Source: Bdellovibrionota bacterium (GTDB lineage: Bacteria; Bdellovibrionota_C; UBA2361; JBGSMV01). Taken from it: a DNA stretch of 58,188 bases. Made by a program: the position numbers and the translations under genes. The stretch covers positions 1 to 58,188 of the forward strand of contig JBGSMV010000006.1 in NCBI GenBank assembly GCA_041739995.1, in the 5' to 3' direction. Shown one piece after another: positions 11,498 through 20,467 of this stretch. Numbering within the stretch: position 1 is the first letter of the stretch; each line of letters starts with the position of its first letter. The notes under the pieces are model-generated. The model did not search any database, was not told the DNA's origin, and saw only the letters and a list, made by a program, of their open reading frames with translations.

Positions 11498-11806
11498 TCA
11501 GAAGCTGACTGAAGTGACGCTTAGCGCCCCATCGTCGTTCAACACTACGGGCTTGACGGCACCTAACCCGAGCGCAGCTTCACGCAGTACCGCAAGCTGC
11601 TCATCCTGAGACAATCTTCGGTCCACAAAGAGCAGGCGTTTCTCTGCGAGACGACAGCTTCCACTCAACACTCTCCATCCGGAGCCCGACCTGAGCTTCT
11701 CCCTGCGAATCTCCAGACCGGCCCCTTGAAGCTGTTGAATAAGGTTTCGAATCTCCGTCTCCTTGGAAGCTACTTCGCGCACTTTATCGTTCTTCTCTCT
11801 TTTCAT
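11498..11806 (-). CDS. Small hypothetical protein
   Basis: About 100-aa ORF with a SGSCRL..K.LLFVDRRL...EQL pattern; upstream of mreB on the same strand. Confidence 0.6.
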   Translation of the reverse strand: MKREKNDKVREVASKETEIRNLIQQLQGAGLEIRREKLRSGSGWRVLSGSCRLAEKRLLFVDRRLSQDEQLAVLREAALGLGAVKPVVLNDDGALSVTSVSF

Positions 11807-12334
11807 GGTCAATGAGCTCACCAAATACTACCCTGCGAAACTCGACGAAACAGGAGCTTTCGACAAACTTTAATCAGTAATTTCATTCAGTTAGACTAAA
11901 AGCCTGCCATATGGAACTAGGAAAAAGAGGCCTCTAATACCGCATGGCCAATACTTGTTTCCCCCTCGGCTTCTGATACTATACGCCACTTCTCTGGCAA
12001 GAAATAGTGATTCTTTCTGCCTTGTTAAGGCCGCACTTCTCGATCGACTAGTCGCTTTAAGAAGCACTAAGGCGGCATTGTCTGATTGTTATCACAGTAC
12101 TCGCTTCGCGCATGGGCACGAGACGTGCGGTGCGTGCGAGAACTGTTATGCACTCGAGAACACCAAGGTGCACCAGGGAGACAAGAAGTAAGGACAGATG
12201 GCAAGCCAACTTGCACTTCTGAGTTTCTACGTTTGATTTTATCAGTCGGGCCTATTTAATTAGGCGCTGATTGATCAGATAACTTTAAGGTAATGGGCGT
12301 TTTGAAAAGAGACGCCGTATTGAGGCACTTGACC

Positions 12335-12988
12335 ATGAACGATTCTGACAACAAAACACCTTCTGATTCTGAAACTCCTGCTTCTGAGAACGGAGAAGCA
12401 GTCGCTAGTACAGAATCGTCTGGCACTGCTACTTCGAACGCAGCGATGTCGGGCACAGATAAGAAGTCTGCTCAAGAGAGCGCCATACCAGTAGCGCTCA
12501 CTCGCAAGGAGCGTGCTGCGATTATCGCAGGCGTCGTTGACTCTCAACTCCGTTCAAACATTCCTGTGTTTAGTGCAGGAGATACAGTAAAAGTTCACGC
12601 CAAGATTGTTGAAGGCAACAAGGAGCGTATTCAGATTTTTGAAGGTGTGGTGATCGAGCGCCAAGGGAAAAACGGCGCCGCGGCAACTTTCACTGTCCGC
12701 AAGATTTCATACAACATTGGCGTCGAACGAAAGTTCCTCGTGAACAGTCCTCGAATCGATAAGATAGAAGTGGTCAGCCGCGGGCAAGTTCGCCGCGCCA
12801 AGCTCTACTATCTTCGTGGAATGCGCGGGAAAGCCAGCCGAATCAAGAGTCGCTTTGATGCCTCTATCGGAGCATCAGTGAAAAAGGGCGCTAATAATTC
12901 GAAGCCTACTGGAGAAACTCCAGAGGGCAGCGAGACCGAGAATTCCTCCGCTAATAGCGAAGGCTTGCAGACCCAAGCGTCCGCTTAG
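12335..12988 (+). CDS. rplS: 50S ribosomal protein L19 with N- and C-terminal disordered extensions
   Basis: [38 protein letters not shown] and [14 protein letters not shown] upstream of ATG 12335. Confidence 0.95.
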   Translation: MNDSDNKTPSDSETPASENGEAVASTESSGTATSNAAMSGTDKKSAQESAIPVALTRKERAAIIAGVVDSQLRSNIPVFSAGDTVKVHAKIVEGNKERIQIFEGVVIERQGKNGAAATFTVRKISYNIGVERKFLVNSPRIDKIEVVSRGQVRRAKLYYLRGMRGKASRIKSRFDASIGASVKKGANNSKPTGETPEGSETENSSANSEGLQTQASA

Positions 12989-13110
12989 GCTGCCACTGCT
13001 TAATTCGACAGGCTCGCCTTGACTCTTTCCTGTTTTCGGTAGCATTCCGGCTTTCGGCAGTATTCGCTGACGGAAGAACCCGAAGTACGAGCACGGATCC
13101 AGAATCCTTC

Positions 13111-13168
13111 AATCGACATTCAACAATCGACATTCAACAGGCGACATTCAACAGGCGGGGCGTTCAAC
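13111..13168. repeat. 14-bp tandem repeat (three copies plus one degenerate)
   Basis: aatcgacattcaac twice, aggcgacattcaac, then aggcggggcgttcaac. Confidence 0.8.
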
Positions 13169-13183
13169 GGGTGGACCGTTGAA
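13163..13183. terminator. Hairpin between convergent rplS and bactofilin (putative terminator)
   Basis: ttcaacgg-gtgga-ccgttgaa, an 8-bp stem next to the bactofilin stop codon. Confidence 0.4.
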
Positions 13184-13187
13184 AATT

Positions 13188-14039
13188 TCAGTGAACTCGA
13201 GCTTCCTTGGTAACTGGCTTCACTTCAGACGAAGTCTTTGTCGTTTGATCAACTGCGGCACTGGCAGTCGGCTTGGCAGTCGAATCTTTAGCGCCAGAGT
13301 CTATGGGATTAGGGTCCTTGCTTCCCGAGGTAAATGCCGGAGAAGTTGCACTACTCCCTGAGCTTGAAGCCCCCTTGGAACTAGCCTGAGCGCCTTTTGT
13401 TGAGGCACGCTCCAAATCACCAGACTGAGAACCACTCTGCGCCTTTCCACTCGGCTCTTTCCCGTACTGCAACTGACCCACTTGAGCGGCCAGCATCTCG
13501 GTTGTTCCAGAAAAGAAGCTGCCCTCTTGAACAATGAGCGCAGGAGTCTTTACAGTGCCTTCGAGGTGAGCGCCGGACCAAAGCTCTACACGCTCACTCG
13601 CAACAATTTTCCCCGAGACCTCTCCCAGAATAACGAGAGTCGCCGCTTCAATGTGCGCGTCAACTCGCCCCGTGGGTCCCACAATCAGAGCTTTAGAGGA
13701 AAAAATCTCTCCGCTCAGCTTGCCGTCAATTCTCACCGGAGTATCGAAACTCAACTTTCCCTGAATGACCGTCCCTTCGCCTAGCGCGGAACGCGTCTTT
13801 CCAAAACGCCGAGCGAGCACGTCTTCCGCGCTGCCATCTTGCCCAGGAAGAAGTACGGCCGACGCGCCGACATATTCCGCTACCGCAGACCCACCGCCTG
13901 CCGAACTACGACTGGGCAGCTGGCTTGTCTCGCCGGAGGACATTTTTCCGGACGACGGAGAACTTGAATCCTCTCCTTGCCCGGACGCATCAGTCCCCTC
14001 TTCATCACCTAGTTCTGATTTTTTCTTCCAAAATGACAC
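13188..14039 (-). CDS. Bactofilin (polymer-forming cytoskeletal protein)
   Basis: Beta-helix core ALGEGTVIQGKLSF..VRIDGKLSGEI..LIVGPTGRVDAHIEA..GEVSGKI..LIVQEGSFFSG, flanked by disordered tails; N-terminal MSFWKKK. Confidence 0.9.
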   Translation of the reverse strand: MSFWKKKSELGDEEGTDASGQGEDSSSPSSGKMSSGETSQLPSRSSAGGGSAVAEYVGASAVLLPGQDGSAEDVLARRFGKTRSALGEGTVIQGKLSFDTPVRIDGKLSGEIFSSKALIVGPTGRVDAHIEAATLVILGEVSGKIVASERVELWSGAHLEGTVKTPALIVQEGSFFSGTTEMLAAQVGQLQYGKEPSGKAQSGSQSGDLERASTKGAQASSKGASSSGSSATSPAFTSGSKDPNPIDSGAKDSTAKPTASAAVDQTTKTSSEVKPVTKEARVH

Positions 14040-14478
14040 TGGACCCTCTCGAATCTTGACACTCTCCCTTTAGATTACTTTCAGGGTTCAAAAAACTCCA
14101 GAAATATGAATGTTCGCCATATTTCCTTCGATCTTAAGCACATCCTCTCAAATAAGACGCTCTACGACACACTATCTTCGGCGAGCGCCTCGAGATTTCA
14201 CCTAGCGCCCTGTTTCTCATCCCCGTATCTTTAAGAGTACTCAAAAAAGGGACGTTTTTTAGAAGCTTCCCAGAGCAGATACCCCCGTAGAGGGCGAAAA
14301 CCACGCAGCACCTTAGATTTGCATGATCGGAGAACCTTGCAACAGTCCCTTGGCACGCCCTAGCGCTAGTAAGCCCCTTCCCTCGATTCTTGACCGCCGT
14401 TTTCTCGCTACACGCATCGAAACACCAACAGGAACAAGCACCTTGGCGCCACAACGTCACGCGTGGAGTTTAAGCCTA

Positions 14479-15984
14479 ATGACCTCTCAGCTAACTGCTT
14501 CTCGAACACCTCGTGTGACCTCCGTTGGGTTTCTGGGTAAGTTTGTACGCGCTTCAGGCGATTACCTCCGCGCGCTCTTCAACCAAACTCAACTGATGGC
14601 CCGGGAGATATGCCTCGCAGTGGCCCTGTGTCTGAGCCTACTAGCGCATCCAAACCACTGTAGTGCTGAAGCTCTCACTAGACGGTCTGAAGGCCCCGCT
14701 GAAGCTCAAAGGGCTCAACCTCGCTATGACGTTAATGAATTTGACCGTCTATCTATTGGCGGCGCCCCGGCTGGTGTGTCCGCGCTTGCTCGAGGCTCTG
14801 AAGTATTCCGTTCTCCCGCCTCTGGTGCGCTAGGAGACTCCGTCCGAGCACGCCTCAGAAATGACGCTCTCCTGCCAAGCGGCACTGCAGTCAAGCTCGA
14901 ACCCGTTCTCCTCAATACCGCGACAAGCCGGGTCTCTCTCCGGTCCGTTCCTCAACTGACCGCCACGCTCTCCGGTCGCTTCGCCGGTATTACCCCAAAG
15001 CAGGAATTCGTGTTTTTCACGATCAACCCGACTCTCCAAGCCGCCGTGCAAAAACTGGTAGACCGAGCCCCTCACCCTCACGTCGCGGTGGTAGCGATGG
15101 ACCCGACCTCAGGACGCGTGCTCGCCCTAGCTGATAAATCTCCCAATATTCCAAATCTCGCCTTACATTCCGGTTTCCCCGCCGCTTCACTTTTTAAATT
15201 AGTGACCAGCGCGGCCGCCCTAGAGCAAGGAAAAATTTCGCCGCTTTCTACCGTTTGGTTTCGCGGCGGAACATACACTCTAAACAGATACAACTATTTG
15301 CCAGACAGAAAGCGCGACCGGCGATCCATGTCTGCCTCTGAAGCCTTAGGGCGTTCTTGCAACCCAGCCTTCGCCCGCATTGCACTAAACTTTCTCGACC
15401 AGCGCGTGATTGAGAGCTATGCCGAACATTTTGGATTCAACACGAAGCTGAATTTTGATGTACCTCTCGCGACAAGCGAGGCAGAGATCCCCGCTGAACG
15501 CTACGCTTTTAGTCGCACTGCGGCTGGCTTTGGTGATGTGCACTTGAGTCCGGTTCACGCAGCCTCTCTCATGTCCGCCATTGCAAATGACGGCATCATG
15601 CCAAGGCCTTTCCTTATTGAGCGCATTTTAAATCGCTCAGGCGAAGCACTCTATCAAGCAAGACCCGAGGCCGTTCAACCAGTAATAACTGCGACGACCT
15701 CTCGAAGACTTCGCGACATGATGGAGTACACCACGACCATTGGAACTTCGAGACGCGAGTTCATGTTGAAAAATAAGCCTGTGTTAGGAAACATTAAAGT
15801 TGCCGCAAAAACGGGCACCCTCACCGGAACGAACCCGAAAGGCATGACCAATTGGTTTATTGCCGCGGCACCAAAGGAAAATCCTGAAATCGCCATTGCC
15901 GTGATCGTCGTCGATCCAAGAGGAATCTCAACCAGAGCGTCCAACATCGGACGGCACGTGTTCGAAGCGTACTTTAAGCGGTAG
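14479..15984 (+). CDS. Penicillin-binding protein, transpeptidase domain (PbpA-like)
   Basis: TINPTLQ, VVAMDPTSGRVLA, SLFK, SCN and KTGT motifs. GGAG precedes ATG 14479; 14596 is an alternative start. Confidence 0.85.
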   Translation: MTSQLTASRTPRVTSVGFLGKFVRASGDYLRALFNQTQLMAREICLAVALCLSLLAHPNHCSAEALTRRSEGPAEAQRAQPRYDVNEFDRLSIGGAPAGVSALARGSEVFRSPASGALGDSVRARLRNDALLPSGTAVKLEPVLLNTATSRVSLRSVPQLTATLSGRFAGITPKQEFVFFTINPTLQAAVQKLVDRAPHPHVAVVAMDPTSGRVLALADKSPNIPNLALHSGFPAASLFKLVTSAAALEQGKISPLSTVWFRGGTYTLNRYNYLPDRKRDRRSMSASEALGRSCNPAFARIALNFLDQRVIESYAEHFGFNTKLNFDVPLATSEAEIPAERYAFSRTAAGFGDVHLSPVHAASLMSAIANDGIMPRPFLIERILNRSGEALYQARPEAVQPVITATTSRRLRDMMEYTTTIGTSRREFMLKNKPVLGNIKVAAKTGTLTGTNPKGMTNWFIAAAPKENPEIAIAVIVVDPRGISTRASNIGRHVFEAYFKR

Positions 15985-16147
15985 CGCTGCACCGACCGTC
16001 TGCGAAACCAAAAAACACCCGTCCCAAACCAAGACCCTTTAAGTATGTAAAGTCATGCCACTAGAACGGTGGTTACTCTCAAAGTTGACTGTCTAACCAG
16101 CGAGCGATAGTCATAGGTCCCAGTCTCCTTTAAATTTTGGAGTAATT

Positions 16148-16546
16148 ATGGCCCCTCAAAAAACGATTTCCTCGGTCATGACAGCCTCACCACACACCAT
16201 TGGTCAGGAGCAACCACTTTCAACTGCCCAAGAGATGATGCGCACCAACAGCATCCGACACCTTCCGGTAAAGCATGGCGGTCAGCTGGTTGGGGTCTTG
16301 AGTGATAGGGATATCGAGTTTGCGCTTCGAATGGAAAAGACCTCCCCAGAATCCTTGAAAGTCGAAGACGCCCTTACAAGTAGCGTCTATACCGTGTCCG
16401 AAAAGACACCCTTGGGAAAAGTCGCGACCGAGATGGGCGAGCGGCGGATCGGATGCGCCCTGATTATAGATGAGCGTGAGCGCCTCGTGGGTATTTTCAC
16501 CGCCGTTGATGCCTGCATAGAACTCGGTGAGTTGCTGGCCAGCTGA
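16148..16546 (+). CDS. CBS domain-pair protein
   Basis: VMT..P, IRHLPV..GQLVGVLSDRDI and LVGIFTAVD; GGAG RBS. Confidence 0.88.
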   Translation: MAPQKTISSVMTASPHTIGQEQPLSTAQEMMRTNSIRHLPVKHGGQLVGVLSDRDIEFALRMEKTSPESLKVEDALTSSVYTVSEKTPLGKVATEMGERRIGCALIIDERERLVGIFTAVDACIELGELLAS

Positions 16547-16552
16547 TGCAAC

Positions 16553-16582
16553 GTGCCTGGAGAACCTAGCTTCACCAGGCAC
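16553..16582 (+). terminator. GC-rich hairpin after the CBS gene
   Basis: gtgcctgg...ccaggcac inverted repeat 6 bp after the stop codon; no clear U-tract. Confidence 0.4.
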
Positions 16583-16709
16583 CCTTCCCACTCGATCTCC
16601 ACCCAAAGGCCCATATAGGACTCCGCTCGGCCGCTCTAAAGGTTGCGCCAGCAGGGCTTTCCAGGAATCATCCCACAGCAGTTATTTCACCACTCTGTGA
16701 GCGAATGTC

Positions 16710-18170
16710 ATGAGCAACTCCACCACCAAAGAAAACACCACCCAGACCAGGCCATTTGCAGTTTTCAATACAGTCTCCCGTAGCATTGAACCACTAAAGA
16801 CTGCACTTCCTGGAAAAGTAAGCCTCTATTGCTGCGGCCCCACCGTCTATGACTATCAACACATAGGCAACTTCAAAACCTTCATCTTTGAAGACGTCTT
16901 AGTAAGAAGCCTGCGATTCGCCGGATTCGAAGTGAATCACGTCATGAACATCACCGACGTAGGGCACCTTGTCGGCGACGGAGATGATGGCGAAGACAAA
17001 ATGCTAGTCGCGGTAAAGCGCGAGAAGAAGAAATCAGCCGAAATTGCCGAGTACTATACCAAGATATTTTTTGAGGACTGGGACAAGCTTAACCTCTCAC
17101 GCCCTTCTATCGTCTGTAAGGCCACCGAACACATTCAGCAGATGATAGCGCTCATTCAGCGCATAGAGCAGAACGGCTTCACCTACGTTGCTGGTGGTAA
17201 CGTGTACTTTGATACCAGCAAGAGCGCCAACTATGGGCACCTCGCGCGCTTAAACCTCGAAAAGCTCAAAGCTGGTGCGCGCGTCGAGTTAGACGCCAAC
17301 AAACGAAATCCCTCCGACTTTGTTTTGTGGTTCACCAAGTCAAAGTTTGAAAACCAAGAGCTCCAGTGGGAGTCGCCTTGGGGACGCGGATATCCTGGCT
17401 GGCATATTGAGTGTTCGGCCATGTCCATGCAGTACCTTGGCGAACACTTCGATATCCACTGTGGTGGCATCGATCACATCCCCGTTCATCACACTAATGA
17501 GATCGCTCAGTCAGAAGCCGCGCTGCAAAAGTCTTGGGTTCCATTATGGATGCACTCCGAGTTCATCATGGTGAACGCCGAGAAAATGTCGAAGAGTAAA
17601 GGGAAATTCTTAATCCTTGACGACGTAATCGAGCGCGGGCTCGATCCGCTGGTGTACCGCTTCTTGTGCCTCAACTCTCACTATCGCTCCCAGCTTAATT
17701 TCACCTGGGACATTCTTGAAAATGCGGGGAAAGCATTCGACAAGCTTAAATCAGCCGTGCTCTCATTTAAGGCTAGTTTCGGCTCAAGCGCCCCCGCCCT
17801 TTTGCCTGAGGAATCCCTCGATGATACAGCCGCTGCACTCAGTCATCGCTTCATGAGCGCCGTGTGCGATGACCTCAATATGCCGCTTGCGATCTCTGTA
17901 TTGTGGGAGACGGTAAACTCTAAGGATCTAGACTCTGCCCATAAGCTCACTCTGCTCTACCGAATGGATCAGGTCCTTGGTCTTAAAATGGAAGACTGGG
18001 CTGAAGTCTCGCTTGAGATTCCTCCAGAAATCGACGTATTGCTCAACCAGCGAGCGCAGGCCCGTAAGGATCGCCAATGGGCTCGCTCCGACGAATTGAG
18101 GGCTGAGCTTCAACAATTAGGCTATACCGTCACTGACGATGCCAGTGGTCAGAAGGTGCGGCGCTCCTAA
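16710..18170 (+). CDS. cysS: Cysteine--tRNA ligase
   Basis: YCCGPTVY, HIGN, PGWHIECSAM, HHTNE and KMSKS motifs. Confidence 0.97.
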   Translation: MSNSTTKENTTQTRPFAVFNTVSRSIEPLKTALPGKVSLYCCGPTVYDYQHIGNFKTFIFEDVLVRSLRFAGFEVNHVMNITDVGHLVGDGDDGEDKMLVAVKREKKKSAEIAEYYTKIFFEDWDKLNLSRPSIVCKATEHIQQMIALIQRIEQNGFTYVAGGNVYFDTSKSANYGHLARLNLEKLKAGARVELDANKRNPSDFVLWFTKSKFENQELQWESPWGRGYPGWHIECSAMSMQYLGEHFDIHCGGIDHIPVHHTNEIAQSEAALQKSWVPLWMHSEFIMVNAEKMSKSKGKFLILDDVIERGLDPLVYRFLCLNSHYRSQLNFTWDILENAGKAFDKLKSAVLSFKASFGSSAPALLPEESLDDTAAALSHRFMSAVCDDLNMPLAISVLWETVNSKDLDSAHKLTLLYRMDQVLGLKMEDWAEVSLEIPPEIDVLLNQRAQARKDRQWARSDELRAELQQLGYTVTDDASGQKVRRS

Positions 18171-18372
18171 ATATTACGATCAGCACAGCCAAGAGATAAG
18201 CCCCTTCCCGAAGTGAAGACTCTAGAAGTCTGTAACACAGCCCTGCATATGAGGTTCCGCCTTCGCTCGCATGTGCCTGTGTGCCATTCAATTCGGGCAG
18301 GCTTCCTCTTCCGCGAAGGCTACCGAGGACAAGTCGGCAGAACGTCGTCGCCTGTGCCTGCGTCACAGACTC

Positions 18373-19272
18373 CTAGCGTCGAGTCCCGCTTGGTTTTGCG
18401 CTGCGCGCATGACTCGCTGTGCTCCGCGCTCGATTTCCGACTCGAGGCAAGGAGCGTTTGGGCTTCAAAGCCTTACGAACAGAGGCTCGCGTTGCTTTCG
18501 ATCCAGCTTTCTTAGACGTGGTCTTCTTCGTGCGAGGACGCCGCAACCCGGGTGCCCTTTTCGCCGCTCCGCCTTTAAGAGTTCGCTTCGCAATCAACCC
18601 CTCTAAACGCTTCTGCACTTCGCGATGAATCGCAATTGGCCCAAGATCGCCGTCAATCTCTTCGAAACCATATTCCTTTGATAGCTTATCGAGTTCACGT
18701 TGAAGCTTGGTTTGATAGCGAACAAAGCACTGATACATGTCCCCCGACCGTTCGATGTCCATTCCCGACTCCCAATAGTCGAGAGCGCCATGTTTTCTAA
18801 AGCTCCTTTCGGCAAGTAACTTAGGATTGGTTCGAAGATAGAAACTCATGTCAGGCTTTAGGGCCATTCCATAGAGTGATCGATTCCACTCTACGTTCGC
18901 TCCTCGCACCTGATCACGGGCCATAAGAGTATAAAAGTATCGGTCAGCCACCACGACAAATCCGGCACGCAACGATGGAATTATCACGTGCTCAAGCTGA
19001 TCGATAAAATCCGTGGCGTAGAAAAGACTCATGGTTCGAGGGCCGAGGGTATTCCCCAGCATCGCTTCTTCGATCTCAGGCCCCACCAACTCGGAATGCT
19101 TTAAACCCACCGCGACAGTCGGAAACCCGAGACGCCCGAGCCAGTCGCGTAACAATGCGCCTTGAGTCGACCGACCCGAGCCGTCGCCACCCTCGACCAC
19201 AATGAGCAATCCCTCAAGCTCGCTCGGATTAATGTCCGGTATTCCTTTACCGTAAAAAGTGCGCTTGCCCAT
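18373..19272 (-). CDS. Thymidylate-kinase-fold protein, putative PPK3 non-catalytic/regulatory subunit, with basic C-terminal tail
   Basis: Walker A variant GGDGSGRST (Lys to Arg), ADRY and ESGMD; no REP motif; about 70-aa K/R-rich tail; overlaps its paralog. Confidence 0.7.
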   Translation of the reverse strand: MGKRTFYGKGIPDINPSELEGLLIVVEGGDGSGRSTQGALLRDWLGRLGFPTVAVGLKHSELVGPEIEEAMLGNTLGPRTMSLFYATDFIDQLEHVIIPSLRAGFVVVADRYFYTLMARDQVRGANVEWNRSLYGMALKPDMSFYLRTNPKLLAERSFRKHGALDYWESGMDIERSGDMYQCFVRYQTKLQRELDKLSKEYGFEEIDGDLGPIAIHREVQKRLEGLIAKRTLKGGAAKRAPGLRRPRTKKTTSKKAGSKATRASVRKALKPKRSLPRVGNRARSTASHARSAKPSGTRR

Positions 19273-19966
19273 TATCGAATTCCCAATTCATTCTCTGCTT
19301 AAATTTTTTGAGATTGACCGTCTGTTGTAAGATGCTTCGCATAAGCTGCTGCTGCTCTTCAGGCGGCCGAGTGGCGTCAATCACTACAAAATGAAACTCG
19401 CGCTGCATCCGCTTGTACTCATCGTAAATCATACCTTGGAACAGCCGAAAACTTTCAAATGGGTCGTCAGAGAGTCCGAGGTCCATTCCGGCTTCATGGA
19501 ATTTTAACTGTGGTCGCCCCGCAAGAATTCGATTCAGCGCGACTTGCAGTGGCACATTAAAGAAAAAAGTAATGTCCGGTAGTCTTGCAAAATTATAAAG
19601 GTTCCTGAGCCAGATGCGATCACAGCCCCTAACTGCGTCTCTTGCAAATGCGGTGAATGAGTAGCGATCGGCAAGCACCAAGTAGCCGCCCCGCAAAAGA
19701 GGCAGTATCTGTCGCTCGTATCGATCCGCAAAATCAGTGGCGTGAATCAAGGAGAACGACATGGGAGTGAGAATCTTTTGCTTCTTTCCCTTGCGCGTTG
19801 ATTTTTTGACCAGGGCTGAAGAATTCCATTCTGTAAAAAATACCCTGTAGGATTCAAGCTCCAACCAGCGCTTCAAGAGCGCAATCTGGGTAGACTTACC
19901 TGAGCCATCGAGTCCTTCGACCGCAATGAGCTTGCCTTCGATTACCCCCTTACTTTCTTCCCACAT
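19247..19966 (-). CDS. Thymidylate-kinase-fold protein, putative PPK3 catalytic subunit
   Basis: EGLDGSGKST P-loop, TEWNSS in place of the TMK REP motif, ADRY and EAGMD; lies near ppx and sixA. Confidence 0.75.
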   Translation of the reverse strand: MWEESKGVIEGKLIAVEGLDGSGKSTQIALLKRWLELESYRVFFTEWNSSALVKKSTRKGKKQKILTPMSFSLIHATDFADRYERQILPLLRGGYLVLADRYSFTAFARDAVRGCDRIWLRNLYNFARLPDITFFFNVPLQVALNRILAGRPQLKFHEAGMDLGLSDDPFESFRLFQGMIYDEYKRMQREFHFVVIDATRPPEEQQQLMRSILQQTVNLKKFKQRMNWEFDNGQAHFLR

Positions 19967-20143
19967 ACAAAATTCCTGCTTGGTTCACTTACGATCTAGT
20001 GTTCTGAGCTAGAAGTTCATTCCAGTATTTTTCTCGTTGTTCTCGCTGAACTCATTGTGTAATACATTAAATATATTCACAAAGAGACCAACGTGTTCAG
20101 TGAGAAATATTCACTGAACGCTTAACTCAGCACACCGACAAGC

Positions 20144-20335
20144 TCGTGAAAAAGCTCCGTCCGAGGCACTTTTCCACAACTCTGCTCGTTACTTCAAATC
20201 TTCTCGACTAGAAGCTTGCGCTGAACGACCTTTTCAAACACATCAGCCTTGTTGGCCACCGCCCGCTTATCTGATTCAACGCTCGGAATAAAGTCCCACA
20301 GGACTCCATCTTTGAGCCCAACATTGGGGGATAAA
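20144..20335 (-). pseudogene. Diverged, internally deleted copy of the ppx 3' end and its downstream hairpin
   Basis: 20191-20264 matches 21936-22009 and 20264-20335 matches 22531-22602, with the intervening 522 bp absent in frame; 20144-20185 resembles the 21883-21925 palindrome. Confidence 0.85.
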
Positions 20336-20467
20336 GTCTCTTTTGTCGATGCCTCCATCCGCCTACCGATCATTGGCTTGTTGCACGCCGCCCTTGTCGT
20401 CGACCCCGCGCCTTCCCTGCGCTCGTATGCCACCGTGGTTCTAGAAATCGCTCGACCAGAATGAAGG

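Noticed and set aside
13111..13168. Repeats considered as a CRISPR array (also 70-135)
   Set aside because: The units are contiguous or only two-copy, there are no unique ~30-bp spacers, and there are no cas genes.
18373..19966. Annotation of the pair as canonical thymidylate kinase (tmk)
   Set aside because: Tandem paralogs lacking the REP motif, one with an altered Walker A, in a ppx/sixA context; gene symbol withheld.
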